Shown: positions 9,413-19,363 of the stretch, one piece after another
Layout: every line of letters begins with the position of its first letter
Position numbering within the stretch: the stretch's first letter is position 1
DNA from: Candidatus Jorgensenbacteria bacterium
GTDB lineage: Bacteria > Patescibacteriota > Minisyncoccia > UBA6257 > GWB1-50-10
Length of the DNA: 64,000 nucleotides
NCBI GenBank assembly: GCA_011050075.1
Contig: DRGK01000017.1
Coordinates: forward strand, 39,838 to 103,837
Reading direction: 5' to 3'
Translations under genes and position numbers: made by a program
Notes under the pieces: model-generated
What the model was told of the DNA's origin: nothing
The model's database searches: none
The model's input: the letters and a program-made list of their open reading frames with translations, nothing else

Positions 9413-10027
9413 TTATTGCGGTAGCAAAATTTTGATACTCTTAATCACCACCTCATCAATTGGTCTGTCCGGACCTTCGGTAGGGGAGTTTTCAATTGCT
9501 GCAACAACGTCTGTTCCTGCTATTACCTTTCCGAATACGGTGTGTTTAGTATCAAGAAAGCTGTTATCAGCGGTGTTGATGAAGAATTGGCTGCCGTTCG
9601 TGTTCGGTCCGGAGTTTGCCATCGCAATGGTACCGGCAATGTTACGGTTGTTTGCGTGAATCTCATCGGCGAACTGGTAGCCGGGACCGCCCGTACCCCA
9701 TATACCTTTCTGTGAATCGTCCTTGCTTAACGGATCACCGCTCTGAATCATAAATCCCTTAATTACGCGGTGGAACTTTACGCCGTCATAGAAGCCCTCG
9801 TTAGCAAGTTTTACGAAGTTTTCCACTGTTTTTGGAGCGTCGGACGCAAAAAGTTCCAGTTCAATATCACCAAAGTTTGTTTTCATTATCGCAACCGCAC
9901 TCACACCCGCGCCGGATATATCTAATGAGACGCTTACGTCGGGCACTGCTACTTTGTCTTGTATGAGCATAAAGAAAGCTCCCAGTAGTGCAATTGCGAC
10001 GATTAATAGAATGTATGTTTTGTTCAT
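9413..10027 (-). CDS. Cyclophilin-type peptidyl-prolyl isomerase, membrane anchored
   Basis: FHRVIKGFMIQSGDP, AMANSGPNTNGSQFFI, HTVFGKV; N-terminal TM. Confidence 0.93.
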   Translation of the reverse strand: MNKTYILLIVAIALLGAFFMLIQDKVAVPDVSVSLDISGAGVSAVAIMKTNFGDIELELFASDAPKTVENFVKLANEGFYDGVKFHRVIKGFMIQSGDPLSKDDSQKGIWGTGGPGYQFADEIHANNRNIAGTIAMANSGPNTNGSQFFINTADNSFLDTKHTVFGKVIAGTDVVAAIENSPTEGPDRPIDEVVIKSIKILLPQ

Positions 10028-10050
10028 GGTATTTGTTTTAAACGTTACGC

Positions 10051-10590
10051 TTATTTAAATATGTCCTTGTTATTTTTTAACATATTTTCATACTCGTTGA
10101 CAATGTCGTTATCCAGTCCTTGTTTCAAGACAAGTAGAAGTTCTTCATAATACAGCAACTTCTTATCCTTCGGTTGGTGGAACTTTTTCCACATAGCGTC
10201 TCCTTCAATCTTGTGATAATCAATCAACGATTGGATGTTGTGTATCTTGTCTGCCGCTGCAACAAAAAACGAGCCTTCTTCAGCTCGCCTTAGATTTTCA
10301 ATATATTGTTTTAAGCTATCGGTTATTGTGACTCCTTCTACAATGTTCGTTACTCGCTGTCCAAACTCCTTTACCATTTTTTCTTTTGTGTACTCTGGGA
10401 CATCTTCCAGTATATCGTGTAAAAGACCTGCAATGATAATGTCTTCGTCATCCGTGTAGTTGGATAATATGACTGCGACAGAAAATGGATGCACAACATA
10501 TGGATAACCACCATTTCTTCTCTCCTGATTCTTATGTAAAACAGCGGATGTATTTATAGCTTTCTGTATTTCAGGCGTTAGTTTAAACAT
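10051..10590 (-). CDS. Stand-alone RelA/SpoT-type HD hydrolase (small alarmone hydrolase/Mesh1-like)
   Basis: HKNQER..GYPYVVHP, LLHDILED, VEGVT, ADKIHN all intact; start set at MFKLT. Confidence 0.8.
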   Translation of the reverse strand: MFKLTPEIQKAINTSAVLHKNQERRNGGYPYVVHPFSVAVILSNYTDDEDIIIAGLLHDILEDVPEYTKEKMVKEFGQRVTNIVEGVTITDSLKQYIENLRRAEEGSFFVAAADKIHNIQSLIDYHKIEGDAMWKKFHQPKDKKLLYYEELLLVLKQGLDNDIVNEYENMLKNNKDIFK

Positions 10591-10650
10591 TCTGTAGTTT
10601 AGTATATCAAATTTGGTGCGCGATGCTACTTGTGAGTTATAATAAAAACA

Positions 10651-12438
10651 ATGCAGAGCGAGATAAAACGGTGTCAGAACTGTAAACAAGAGTTCACTAT
10701 TGAACCTGACGACTTTGTATTTTACGAGAAAATAGACGTTCCGCCTCCAACATGGTGTCCGGAGTGTAGGCTCATCAGGCGACTTTGTTTTAATAACCAG
10801 CGAAGCTTATACAAGCGGGAATGTAACCTCTGTAAGAACGCCACTATCTCTATGTACTCATCAGATGCACCGTTTCCCGTGTACTGTCCACGGTGCTGGT
10901 GGTCCGATGATTGGGACCCAATGGAGTACGGTAGAGAATACGATTTTTCAAAATCACTCCTTGAGCAGATACGAGAACTCCAACTGGTAACACCAGTTCC
11001 AGCACTCTCAACTCGTCACCAGACACTCACCAACAGTGAGTACGTCAACATGGCGCACAATTTGAAGAACTGCTATTTGCTATTCAACTCTGACTATGAC
11101 GAAGGGTGTGCATACGGTTCTGAGGTAGAGAACTCGGAGGATTCATTTGACATGATGATGGCAGAATCGTGTCACCTGTCTTATGAGAGTATAAACTGTA
11201 TTAAGTGTTACAGAACCTTCTTTTCTGTGGACTGCAAGGACAGCCAAGATATCTGGTTTTCAAGAAACTTAGTGAACTGCACGAACTGCTTTGGGTGTAC
11301 TAACCTACGTAACAAGAAGTACTACATATTCAATGAGCCACACACAGAAGAGGAGTATCTCGAGAAATTGAAGGAGTTTAATCTTGGCTCTAAGAAGAGC
11401 ATACAAACTGCAAAAGAAAAAGCTCTTGAACTCCACATGAAGTTCCCACGCAAGTTTATGCATGGGAGCCATAATGTTGACGTATCTGGTGACTACGTAC
11501 ATAACTCAAAGGACGTCCACAACACTTTTATTGGAACGGGGTCCGAGCACTGCAGGTATTGTATGTGGTTAATCATTAAAGGAAACAAGGACTGCTACGA
11601 CTTCACCCAGTTTGGAGAAAATACGCAGAATGTGTATGAAACGGTGGGTAGCGGTATTAACCTAAACAATGTTAAGTTCAGTGCCATCTGTGTGGGGGAC
11701 GTACACAACGTTGAGTACACACAGCACTGTTTCGGAGGAGCATATCTCCTCGCCTGCATCGGCTTACGCAACAAACAACACTGCATCCTCAATAAACAGT
11801 ACAGTAAGGAATCCTTCGACAAGCTCAGGGCAGGTGTAATCGAACATATGAACACTATACCGTACACAGATAATAGTGGAAGAACGTACAGGTACGGAGA
11901 GTTCTTTCCCTCAGAACTTTCACCCTTCGCGTACAACGAGACCATCGCTCAGGAATACTTCCCGCTAACAAAGAAAGAAGCAGAAGAACAAGGATACCTG
12001 TGGCGCGAACCAGACACTAAGGATCACAAAATCACAAAGAATGTAGATAGTCTTCCAGACCACATCAGCGACATAGACGACGGCATTCTCAAGGAAACTA
12101 TTGGTTGTGAACACGAAGGAAAGTGTAACGAGCAGTGCACGACTGCTTTCAAGGTAATTTCCTCAGAACTCCAGTTCTACAAGAAAATGAACCTCCCGCT
12201 CCCAAGACTATGTCCAAACTGCAGGCATTACCAACGTCTCAAGCAGCGGAATCCACTGCAGCTCTGTCACCGGAAGTGCACGTGCGATGGTGTGAAATCG
12301 GAGAACGGTGCGTACAAGAACACAGCTGAGCACTTCCACGGCACTGACCACTGTCCCAATGAGTTTGAAACTCCATACGCACCAGAGCGAAAGGAAATAG
12401 TTTACTGCGAGCAGTGTTATCAGACAGAAGTGGTTTAA
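10651..12438 (+). CDS. Large Cys-rich protein with multiple CxxC motifs (CPR-type hypothetical)
   Basis: CQNC, CPEC, CNLC, CPRC, CPNC, CEQC plus central Cys-spaced repeats. Confidence 0.8.
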   Translation: MQSEIKRCQNCKQEFTIEPDDFVFYEKIDVPPPTWCPECRLIRRLCFNNQRSLYKRECNLCKNATISMYSSDAPFPVYCPRCWWSDDWDPMEYGREYDFSKSLLEQIRELQLVTPVPALSTRHQTLTNSEYVNMAHNLKNCYLLFNSDYDEGCAYGSEVENSEDSFDMMMAESCHLSYESINCIKCYRTFFSVDCKDSQDIWFSRNLVNCTNCFGCTNLRNKKYYIFNEPHTEEEYLEKLKEFNLGSKKSIQTAKEKALELHMKFPRKFMHGSHNVDVSGDYVHNSKDVHNTFIGTGSEHCRYCMWLIIKGNKDCYDFTQFGENTQNVYETVGSGINLNNVKFSAICVGDVHNVEYTQHCFGGAYLLACIGLRNKQHCILNKQYSKESFDKLRAGVIEHMNTIPYTDNSGRTYRYGEFFPSELSPFAYNETIAQEYFPLTKKEAEEQGYLWREPDTKDHKITKNVDSLPDHISDIDDGILKETIGCEHEGKCNEQCTTAFKVISSELQFYKKMNLPLPRLCPNCRHYQRLKQRNPLQLCHRKCTCDGVKSENGAYKNTAEHFHGTDHCPNEFETPYAPERKEIVYCEQCYQTEVV

Positions 12439-13037
12439 GAAAGCTTCTTTATGTTCTCCAGTAGTTCAGGAAATTCTTCCTGATTGAAATGCTCTCTGTC
12501 TTTGAATACGTACAGCTTTGCCCTAGGCAGCTGTTCTTTATATTTTTTGGCATCAATAAATGTAACAACAGGGTCGTCCTCACTGTGGTAGATAAAAACG
12601 TTACCACCTTGTGTGCTAAGTTTTTTAAGGTTTTTGGGCAATACAAAATCATTCAGTGAGTACTCTGAGTTTTTATCATCATACGGAGGCGCGATAAGAT
12701 ATGTTGCCCGTATCTTTTTAGGAAAATCGTTTTCAGATAAGTACTTTACTAAGAAAATGCCTCCCAATGAGTGTCCTATGAGCACGATGTTATCTCGTAG
12801 GAAGGGGAGGAGCTTTTCAAACCATATCTTCCACTCGTTGTACTTGGCGTTATTGGGATTCGGCATCTTTGGGATAATAATATCAAACGTTTCTTCAAGT
12901 TCGGTTTTGAGCCAGCTCTTCCAACCCTTACGTCCCAGGCGTTCAAAATCAAGCTCAAGATTTTTGAGATCGCTAAGATACTCATCATACGTATCAAACG
13001 TGCTTCCTCCGTTAATGATTAGTATTTGTTGCTTCAT
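12435..13037 (-). CDS. RBBP9/YdeN-family alpha/beta hydrolase
   Basis: GHSLGG nucleophile elbow, HSEDDPVV, EHF; start set at MKQQIL. Confidence 0.85.
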   Translation of the reverse strand: MKQQILIINGGSTFDTYDEYLSDLKNLELDFERLGRKGWKSWLKTELEETFDIIIPKMPNPNNAKYNEWKIWFEKLLPFLRDNIVLIGHSLGGIFLVKYLSENDFPKKIRATYLIAPPYDDKNSEYSLNDFVLPKNLKKLSTQGGNVFIYHSEDDPVVTFIDAKKYKEQLPRAKLYVFKDREHFNQEEFPELLENIKKLS

Positions 13038-13038
13038 G

Positions 13039-13380
13039 TTACCGCAGCTTATCTCCGATATTGACCGAATTTTTCGCCGTTGTTGCGAGAATCCAACCAC
13101 TCCCTTCTGTGTTTTTAAATCCGAGCGTGAGTACTTCTGAAGTAAATTTACCGATACGCTTCGGTGGAAAGTTTACCACACAAAGCACAAGCATACCTAC
13201 CAATTCTTCTTTGGTGTGTGCTCCAACCAGTTGCACGCTTGACGTTTTCGTACCGATTTCTGGACCGAATTCAATCTTCAATTTGAAAGCGGGCTTGTGT
13301 GCCTCAGGAAAATCCTGTACATCAACAATTTTTCCGAGCCGGATATCTACTTTCTCAAAATCTTCATAAGTAATTTGCAT
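13039..13380 (-). CDS. csaA: tRNA-binding/chaperone protein CsaA
   Basis: ITYEDFEKVDIRLG, VNFPPKRIG..SEVLTLG. Confidence 0.88.
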   Translation of the reverse strand: MQITYEDFEKVDIRLGKIVDVQDFPEAHKPAFKLKIEFGPEIGTKTSSVQLVGAHTKEELVGMLVLCVVNFPPKRIGKFTSEVLTLGFKNTEGSGWILATTAKNSVNIGDKLR

Positions 13381-13387
13381 GTTTTTA

Positions 13388-14152
13388 TTATAGATACTCA
13401 AGCAGGCGATCATAGTTAATAAAATCAAGCCACTGATAGCCATACTGAATGACAAGTCCGAAATTGTCGGTTGCAAGAAGGATTCCTAAGAAGATTAAGA
13501 ATATACCTCCTACAACAGAAACCGTTTTGAGATACTTTGAAATCTTTTCAATATACACTGTAGCTTTTGAAAAGAGGGCTGCGATAGCAAGAAACGGCAG
13601 TGCAAGTCCTGCAGAGAATACAGTGAGCATAAAACCTCCTTCAAGTGCCGTACCTGATGTTCCCGCGAGAAAAAGAACGGATCCTAAAATAGGACCTACG
13701 CATGGCGTCCAACCAAGAGCGAAGGTTCCACCGATAAAAAGGGAACTAAATGGCTTGCCGAGCGTAAGCCATTTAGGAATTGGTATGCGTTTGTCACCTT
13801 GAAAAAAGGGAAGCTTGAAAAAACCGAGCATAAAAAGACCGAAAAGGATGACAAAAATACCGCCTAATCGAGCAAACCAAATACGGTATGGCGCGAGCAC
13901 GGCTCCTGCAAATCCTGCCATTACGCCAAAGAAAATAAATACTGCAGAAAAACCACCTATAAACGCTAGACCGTTCAAAAATATTTTACGGCGGGCACCC
14001 CGAGCGGTCTTTGGATTTTTAAGCGCTTCACTATCAACACCACTAATAAAACCCAGATATGCCGGCAAAATGGGAAGTGTGCAGGGGGCAAGGAAGGTAA
14101 GAATTCCCGCAAAAAAAGCTGCTGCAATAAATCCAACACTTATCTCAATCAT
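13388..14152 (-). CDS. ccdA: CcdA-type transmembrane disulfide reductase
   Basis: FLAPCTLP and WTPCVGP motifs; six TMs. Confidence 0.9.
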   Translation of the reverse strand: MIEISVGFIAAAFFAGILTFLAPCTLPILPAYLGFISGVDSEALKNPKTARGARRKIFLNGLAFIGGFSAVFIFFGVMAGFAGAVLAPYRIWFARLGGIFVILFGLFMLGFFKLPFFQGDKRIPIPKWLTLGKPFSSLFIGGTFALGWTPCVGPILGSVLFLAGTSGTALEGGFMLTVFSAGLALPFLAIAALFSKATVYIEKISKYLKTVSVVGGIFLIFLGILLATDNFGLVIQYGYQWLDFINYDRLLEYL

Positions 14153-14685
14153 AATGAAGCCTCGTTAATGCTTATAATCTTTTCTGTATGTTCTCGCATT
14201 TCATTTAAGTCCATAGGCCCACGCTTGTGCACAACAATATCTCCATCTTCATTCACAAAAATAGTTTCTGGCATTGAGAATCCGCCTATCGATTTATAAA
14301 ACGAATCAGATGGATCGAGAAGAAATACCATATCGTTGGTAATATCTAACTCGTCCGTATACCCTTTTACTTTTTCTAAGGGTTCTTGTCGGTCAATTGC
14401 GATAACAGTGATGCGGTCTCCAAATTCTTTTTGGAGTCCTGAAAAATCAGAAAGTTCTTCTCGACAGAAGGGACACCACACCGCCCAACTGTTTATGACA
14501 ACCGGTCTTCCTTTAAACTCTGCAAGTGAAACAGTATTCCCTTCATAGGAGATTAAAGAAATATGAGTGAGTCGTTCAAAGTCACTTTGAATTGTGTCTG
14601 TCTCAATATTGCGATTTGGTAGTACGAAAAATAATACTCCTGCGATAATAATGACGCCTATGCCAATAATAATATTTCGCTGCAT
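14149..14685 (-). CDS. TlpA/ResA-like membrane-anchored thioredoxin
   Basis: WAVWCPFC active site, MPET cis-Pro motif, N-terminal TM. Confidence 0.88.
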   Translation of the reverse strand: MQRNIIIGIGVIIIAGVLFFVLPNRNIETDTIQSDFERLTHISLISYEGNTVSLAEFKGRPVVINSWAVWCPFCREELSDFSGLQKEFGDRITVIAIDRQEPLEKVKGYTDELDITNDMVFLLDPSDSFYKSIGGFSMPETIFVNEDGDIVVHKRGPMDLNEMREHTEKIISINEASL

Positions 14686-14708
14686 ATCACACTAATTATT
14701 ACAAACAA

Positions 14709-15329
14709 CTAGAAACCTCCAGGGTCCGTTTGTACGCCACGAACTTTTTCCGGCCCACGATTATCATACCGACGAATAAAATCTTCGATGCGCTGTTCAT
14801 CAACTGCGCCGTTTTCAATATTGAACGTATCAACACGACCCCACGCAACAAGTGAAATATCTCCTTCGTTTTCTGAGCGCGGAGACACAATAACATATCG
14901 CCCCGAAAACTTTTTAAGTACAGACTTTGATGTATCACTTATTCGTGGATGATACGCAATCCATATATCTCCGTGTTCAAGATTATGAATAACTGTCTCA
15001 TCAGAAATGGATTCATTATAAAAACCTCCGTTGGCAGGTTGTGCGTAATGCCAACCCGAAGACGATGGGTTGGAGTTGTATGGGGAATGTGAAGAACCAC
15101 TGGCAATATGCACTGCTTCTTGAGGGGTATATGCAGTGCTAAAATCTTCTCCTTGTGGAGCAGTTGAACGCATAAAAAGTGATCCACCGTATCCAATAAG
15201 AACAAGAATCACAACCCATATACTGAAGCGTAGTAACGATTTTATTTTTTTTCTAACCAATGCACGTTTACGCTGCTCATTACGTATACGTTCGCGTTCC
15301 TGTTTTTTAATTTCGTAATCGTTTTTCAT
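14709..15329 (-). CDS. DUF3105-family protein
   Basis: YNSNPSSSGWH, HNLEHG, LVAWG, NRGPE; start set at MKNDY. Confidence 0.8.
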   Translation of the reverse strand: MKNDYEIKKQERERIRNEQRKRALVRKKIKSLLRFSIWVVILVLIGYGGSLFMRSTAPQGEDFSTAYTPQEAVHIASGSSHSPYNSNPSSSGWHYAQPANGGFYNESISDETVIHNLEHGDIWIAYHPRISDTSKSVLKKFSGRYVIVSPRSENEGDISLVAWGRVDTFNIENGAVDEQRIEDFIRRYDNRGPEKVRGVQTDPGGF

Positions 15330-15340
15330 ATGCCCGATTA

Positions 15341-16354
15341 TTATTGTAATAGTTCTGTTTCCGGGTGCACTGCGAGCCACGAAAACCAGAAACCAGGAAT
15401 GGAGGATAGTGGTTTCTGGTCAGCTTCAAAACGAATTTCACCCGAGTCTGTACGTGTAATAACAATATTTTTTCCGGCGAAGACATCCTCAATCTCTCCT
15501 GCTGTCGTTTTTAACACTTCAGCGGTATAAGCCTTATATTGCCCGTCTATTTCAATACCATGTACAAGCGCCTTGGGATGAAGCCGTGTGTCATCGAATG
15601 TTGCACCGAATGACACCGATTCACTCGTGTAATAATCACCGTATGGATCACGACCATAATTACGTGCTGCTCCCGTGTCTTGCGATAGTACTTTCGTGTC
15701 GGGATGCGCATTTTTCCAGTCACCCCAGCGCACAACATCTGAACGAATGATTGCGAGTTTGTTGCCGGTATACACACCAAGCACTGCCTCTCCTAAAACT
15801 TGCGACCAGAGCGACTCATTTTCTTCACTCTCTGCACGGTTATACATCAATAGATTTGATTGCCACAATCTACCGGATACACCAAACTCCTGCGGTACAC
15901 CATCAACGATAGGGTCAAACACAATTCCCGTAGCACAGAGTGGGCAGTAAGTTACCAGTATAGGTTGTCCTTGGATTGTATCGTTGACAATCTCGTGCCA
16001 GACAAGAATACGGTATGGGTAGAAGCGGCTTTCTTCTCCCACGGTAAGACCGAGTCCCGGGTTAGAGTCTTCAAGAAACGTTGCCTCTTTTACACTGATG
16101 AATTTTGGATTATCAATGGAAGGAATACCGTCCTTTCCGGGTCCTCCTGAGAGAATTTCGTTCAGCGGAATTGAGTGCTTGGTTCCGTCTGTTATAAGAA
16201 TTTCTCTTTGTGATGTCATGGCTTGTATTTCAAAACTCTCATGCTGTTCCTTCAGTCCTGTTGGCAGCGGGAACTGTTTGTTCTGAAAATACCACACTGT
16301 TCCCAGCACACTGATAATTATTAGAATAAAAATAATAATGGTTAGGGGCTTCAT
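15341..16354 (-). CDS. DUF3179-family exported CxxC protein
   Basis: GGPGKDGIPSID, WHEIVND, TYCPLC, FGVSG, FWFSW..HP. Confidence 0.85.
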   Translation of the reverse strand: MKPLTIIIFILIIISVLGTVWYFQNKQFPLPTGLKEQHESFEIQAMTSQREILITDGTKHSIPLNEILSGGPGKDGIPSIDNPKFISVKEATFLEDSNPGLGLTVGEESRFYPYRILVWHEIVNDTIQGQPILVTYCPLCATGIVFDPIVDGVPQEFGVSGRLWQSNLLMYNRAESEENESLWSQVLGEAVLGVYTGNKLAIIRSDVVRWGDWKNAHPDTKVLSQDTGAARNYGRDPYGDYYTSESVSFGATFDDTRLHPKALVHGIEIDGQYKAYTAEVLKTTAGEIEDVFAGKNIVITRTDSGEIRFEADQKPLSSIPGFWFSWLAVHPETELLQ

Positions 16355-16376
16355 GTTGGTTGCAGTATACCAGAAT

Positions 16377-16415
16377 CATACTCCTCAGTCTCATGCACGC
16401 AGACTGAGGAGTATG
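16377..16415. repeat. Perfect 15-bp inverted repeat between divergent promoters
   Basis: CATACTCCTCAGTCT-N9-AGACTGAGGAGTATG. Confidence 0.8.
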
Positions 16416-16417
16416 TA

Positions 16418-16447
16418 TTGACAAATGCAACTCGGTTGCGTTAAAAT
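16418..16447 (+). promoter_or_regulatory. Sigma70 promoter with a putative Fur/Zur operator in its spacer
   Basis: TTGACA-N18-TAAAAT; the spacer holds AATGCAAC-TCG-GTTGCGTT (7/8 dyad match). Confidence 0.7.
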
Positions 16448-16453
16448 AATAAT

Positions 16454-16894
16454 ATGAGTTACGCTATTGCCATCATTGATCAACTCCGTAATAAAAAGTT
16501 TCGAATCACTCGATTACGAAAAGCTTTAATTGAAGAACTTGGAATCTCAAAAAAACCACTCTCTGTTGAAGAAATAATTAAACATCTCAGAAAAAGAAAG
16601 GTTATTGTTCATAAAACTTCTGTTTATCGACAACTCATCTTTCTCATGGAGCAAGATGAAGTGAGAAAGGTGACTTTTGGAGAAAAGGGAGATAGATTTG
16701 AGCTTACCGTCATGCATCACCACCATGCTGTATGCCAGAAGTGTGGAGAGGTTGAAGACCTTTTATACTTAGAGAGTAATATAAAACAAATGGAGCAGAC
16801 GTTTTTGAAAAAACGATTTAAAGTCGAACGTCACCTTGTAGAATTTTTGGGACTTTGTAAAAAATGTCAAAAAGAAAAAACTAAAACAATATGA
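16454..16894 (+). CDS. zur: Fur-family regulator, probably Zur
   Basis: FRITRLR, TSVYRQL, HHHHAVCQKCG, CKKC; first gene of the znuABC operon. Confidence 0.8.
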   Translation: MSYAIAIIDQLRNKKFRITRLRKALIEELGISKKPLSVEEIIKHLRKRKVIVHKTSVYRQLIFLMEQDEVRKVTFGEKGDRFELTVMHHHHAVCQKCGEVEDLLYLESNIKQMEQTFLKKRFKVERHLVEFLGLCKKCQKEKTKTI

Positions 16895-17793
16895 AAAAGA
16901 TATTCATTGTCATTTTCTTGGTTATCATTTCTGTTGGCTCTGCTGTTACGTATAAAATAGTTATAACGGAACCTACAGAAACAGAAAAACTTAAAATCAC
17001 AACGAGCTTTTATCCACTCGCTGAGTTTGCTCGGCAGGTTGGAGGAAAAAATGTGGAAGTCATAAACATAACACCACCCGGTTCTGAACCGCATGATTAT
17101 GAGCCAACGCCACAAGATATTGTACATGTGAACTCATCTGAAATTTTCATTTTCAATGGAAGCAGTTTTGATCCATGGGCAGAGAAAATTGCGCCGAAGC
17201 TTGAGGAGGAGGGGATTAAAGTATTACGCATGACCGAGTATTTTGATTTGATTGGAACTGATGATGGTTCAGACCCACATATTTGGTTGAATCCGATATT
17301 AGCTAAGCAAGAAGTTGAGATTATTCGTGATACCCTTCAAAAAATTGACCCGACGAACAGTAGTATGTATAACGATAATGCTCAACAGTATCTTGGAAAA
17401 CTATCAGAGCTTGACCAAAAATTTCGAACAGGGCTGGCTTCTTGTGAACTTAGGGAAGCAATCGTTTCCCATGCAGCATTTGGCTACCTCGCAGAGCGGT
17501 ATGATATAGATATAATTTCAATTGCTGGAATATCTCCGGAGGAAGAACCATCACTGCGCCGACTGGGAGAAATAGCCAAACTTGCTCAAGAAAAAAACAT
17601 CAACTACATTTTCTTTGAAACACTGATAAGCCCAAAGTTGGCAGAAACCATAGCTCAAGAAATAGGAGCAGAGACACTCGTACTTAATCCTGTTGAGGGC
17701 CTTACTGACGAAGAAATTGAATCTGGTAAAAGTTATATATCGGAAATGGAAAAAAATCTCAGTAATTTACAACGCGCACTGGTATGCACATAA
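16891..17793 (+). CDS. znuA: Zn/Mn ABC transporter substrate-binding protein
   Basis: EPHDYEP, DPHIWL, HAAFGY. Confidence 0.85.
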   Translation: MKKIFIVIFLVIISVGSAVTYKIVITEPTETEKLKITTSFYPLAEFARQVGGKNVEVINITPPGSEPHDYEPTPQDIVHVNSSEIFIFNGSSFDPWAEKIAPKLEEEGIKVLRMTEYFDLIGTDDGSDPHIWLNPILAKQEVEIIRDTLQKIDPTNSSMYNDNAQQYLGKLSELDQKFRTGLASCELREAIVSHAAFGYLAERYDIDIISIAGISPEEEPSLRRLGEIAKLAQEKNINYIFFETLISPKLAETIAQEIGAETLVLNPVEGLTDEEIESGKSYISEMEKNLSNLQRALVCT

Positions 17794-18548
17794 CAGACAA
17801 GAATACATGTATAGAGGTTGAAAATGTAAGCTTTCGATATGACGGCGATTCCGTTTTAGAGAATGTTACTTTTTCAGTTAATGCGGGTGAATACATGGGC
17901 ATTATTGGACCCAACGGTGGCGGGAAAACCACGCTGCTCAAAATAATTCTTGGATTGCTTGAGCCAACGACTGGTACGGTAAAGATTTTTGGGAATGAGG
18001 TGGGAAAATCCAAGAAAGCACTTCTTCAAATTGGTTATGTTCCCCAGAGGATATCTCGGGGAGATTTTCATTTTCCTGCGACTGTTGAAGAAATTGTTGC
18101 TAGCGGAAGAACTGCACGTAGGGGACTGCTCAAATGGTTTAATAAAGAAGATAAGACGGCAATAGAAGAAGCAATGGAAACTACCGAGATAACAGGATAC
18201 AGAAATCGGTCTATGAACAAACTATCCGGAGGAGAACAGCAGAAGGTTTTTATTGCGAGAGCCCTTGCAGGAGAACCTAAAATCTTGATTCTTGATGAAC
18301 CGGTGGTCGGTGTAGATATTACTTCTCAAGAAAAATTTTATGCATTCTTACAAAAAATAAATCAGCAATTCGGACTTACCATTATCTTCGTGTCGCACGA
18401 TATTGATGTTATTGCTCATCAAGTAAAATCTGTCTTATGTATCAATCGTGAACTCGTGTGCCACGGATCGCCAAAAGAATTTATTAAAGAAGAATTTATG
18501 GAAAAACTGTATGGTAAAAAGGTTAAATTTATCTTGCACGGACACTAA
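17784..18548 (+). CDS. znuC: Zn/Mn ABC transporter ATPase
   Basis: GPNGGGKTT, YVPQR, LSGGEQQ, LDEP, VSHD. Confidence 0.87.
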   Translation: MHITDKNTCIEVENVSFRYDGDSVLENVTFSVNAGEYMGIIGPNGGGKTTLLKIILGLLEPTTGTVKIFGNEVGKSKKALLQIGYVPQRISRGDFHFPATVEEIVASGRTARRGLLKWFNKEDKTAIEEAMETTEITGYRNRSMNKLSGGEQQKVFIARALAGEPKILILDEPVVGVDITSQEKFYAFLQKINQQFGLTIIFVSHDIDVIAHQVKSVLCINRELVCHGSPKEFIKEEFMEKLYGKKVKFILHGH

Positions 18549-18552
18549 ATAT

Positions 18553-19353
18553 ATGTTGGAAATTTTTCAGTTTGATTTTATGATACGGGCGTTCACGGCA
18601 GGGATAACTATCGCCGTCATTGCTCCACTCATAGGGTCGTTCTTGATTGTTCGGCGTTATTCTTTGATGGCAGACACCCTTGCACATGTATCGCTGCTTG
18701 GTATATCTGTTGGGCTTATTACAAAAGTTAATCCTATTGGAACTGCAATTATCGCTTCGGTATTGGGTGCGATTGGAATAGAAAAATTAAGAGGTGGAAA
18801 AAAGATATCCGGTGAATCTGCGTTGGCACTTTTTCTTTCAGGAAGCCTTGCTATTGCCACCGTAGTAATAGGACTGGCAAAAGGTTTCAGCGTTAATCTT
18901 TTCAGTTTTCTTTTTGGAAGTATTTCTACGGTTTCTCTCATTGATTTATATCTTATTATTGGGCTCGGCATTATTGTTTTAGCAACCATAATTTTATTCT
19001 ATAAAGAACTGTTTCTTGTTTCGTTTGATGAAGATTTGGCTCAAGCGAACGGTGTTCCCGCGAAGGCCCTTAATTTTATACTTGTTATTTTAGCGGCAAT
19101 CACTGTATCGCTCTCTATACGGACAATCGGGGTTTTGCTCATCGGTGCACTGACGGTAATTCCTGTCCTCGCCGCATTCCAGTATGGACGCAGTTTTCGG
19201 CAAACAATACTCTTATCGGTGATATTTTCACTGATATCTGTTATATCAGGGCTTTTTCTCTCGTTCTATTTTGCACTGCCAAGCGGTGGTATTATCGTAG
19301 TTGTTGCTCTTGTGATTTTCTTACTTAGTCTCGCAATCAAAAAAACGGGGTAA
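18553..19353 (+). CDS. znuB: Zn/Mn ABC transporter permease
   Basis: DTLAH, FLFGSI, IGVLLIGAL; start set at MLEIF (18553). Confidence 0.87.
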   Translation: MLEIFQFDFMIRAFTAGITIAVIAPLIGSFLIVRRYSLMADTLAHVSLLGISVGLITKVNPIGTAIIASVLGAIGIEKLRGGKKISGESALALFLSGSLAIATVVIGLAKGFSVNLFSFLFGSISTVSLIDLYLIIGLGIIVLATIILFYKELFLVSFDEDLAQANGVPAKALNFILVILAAITVSLSIRTIGVLLIGALTVIPVLAAFQYGRSFRQTILLSVIFSLISVISGLFLSFYFALPSGGIIVVVALVIFLLSLAIKKTG

Positions 19354-19363
19354 TTCGGTCGGG

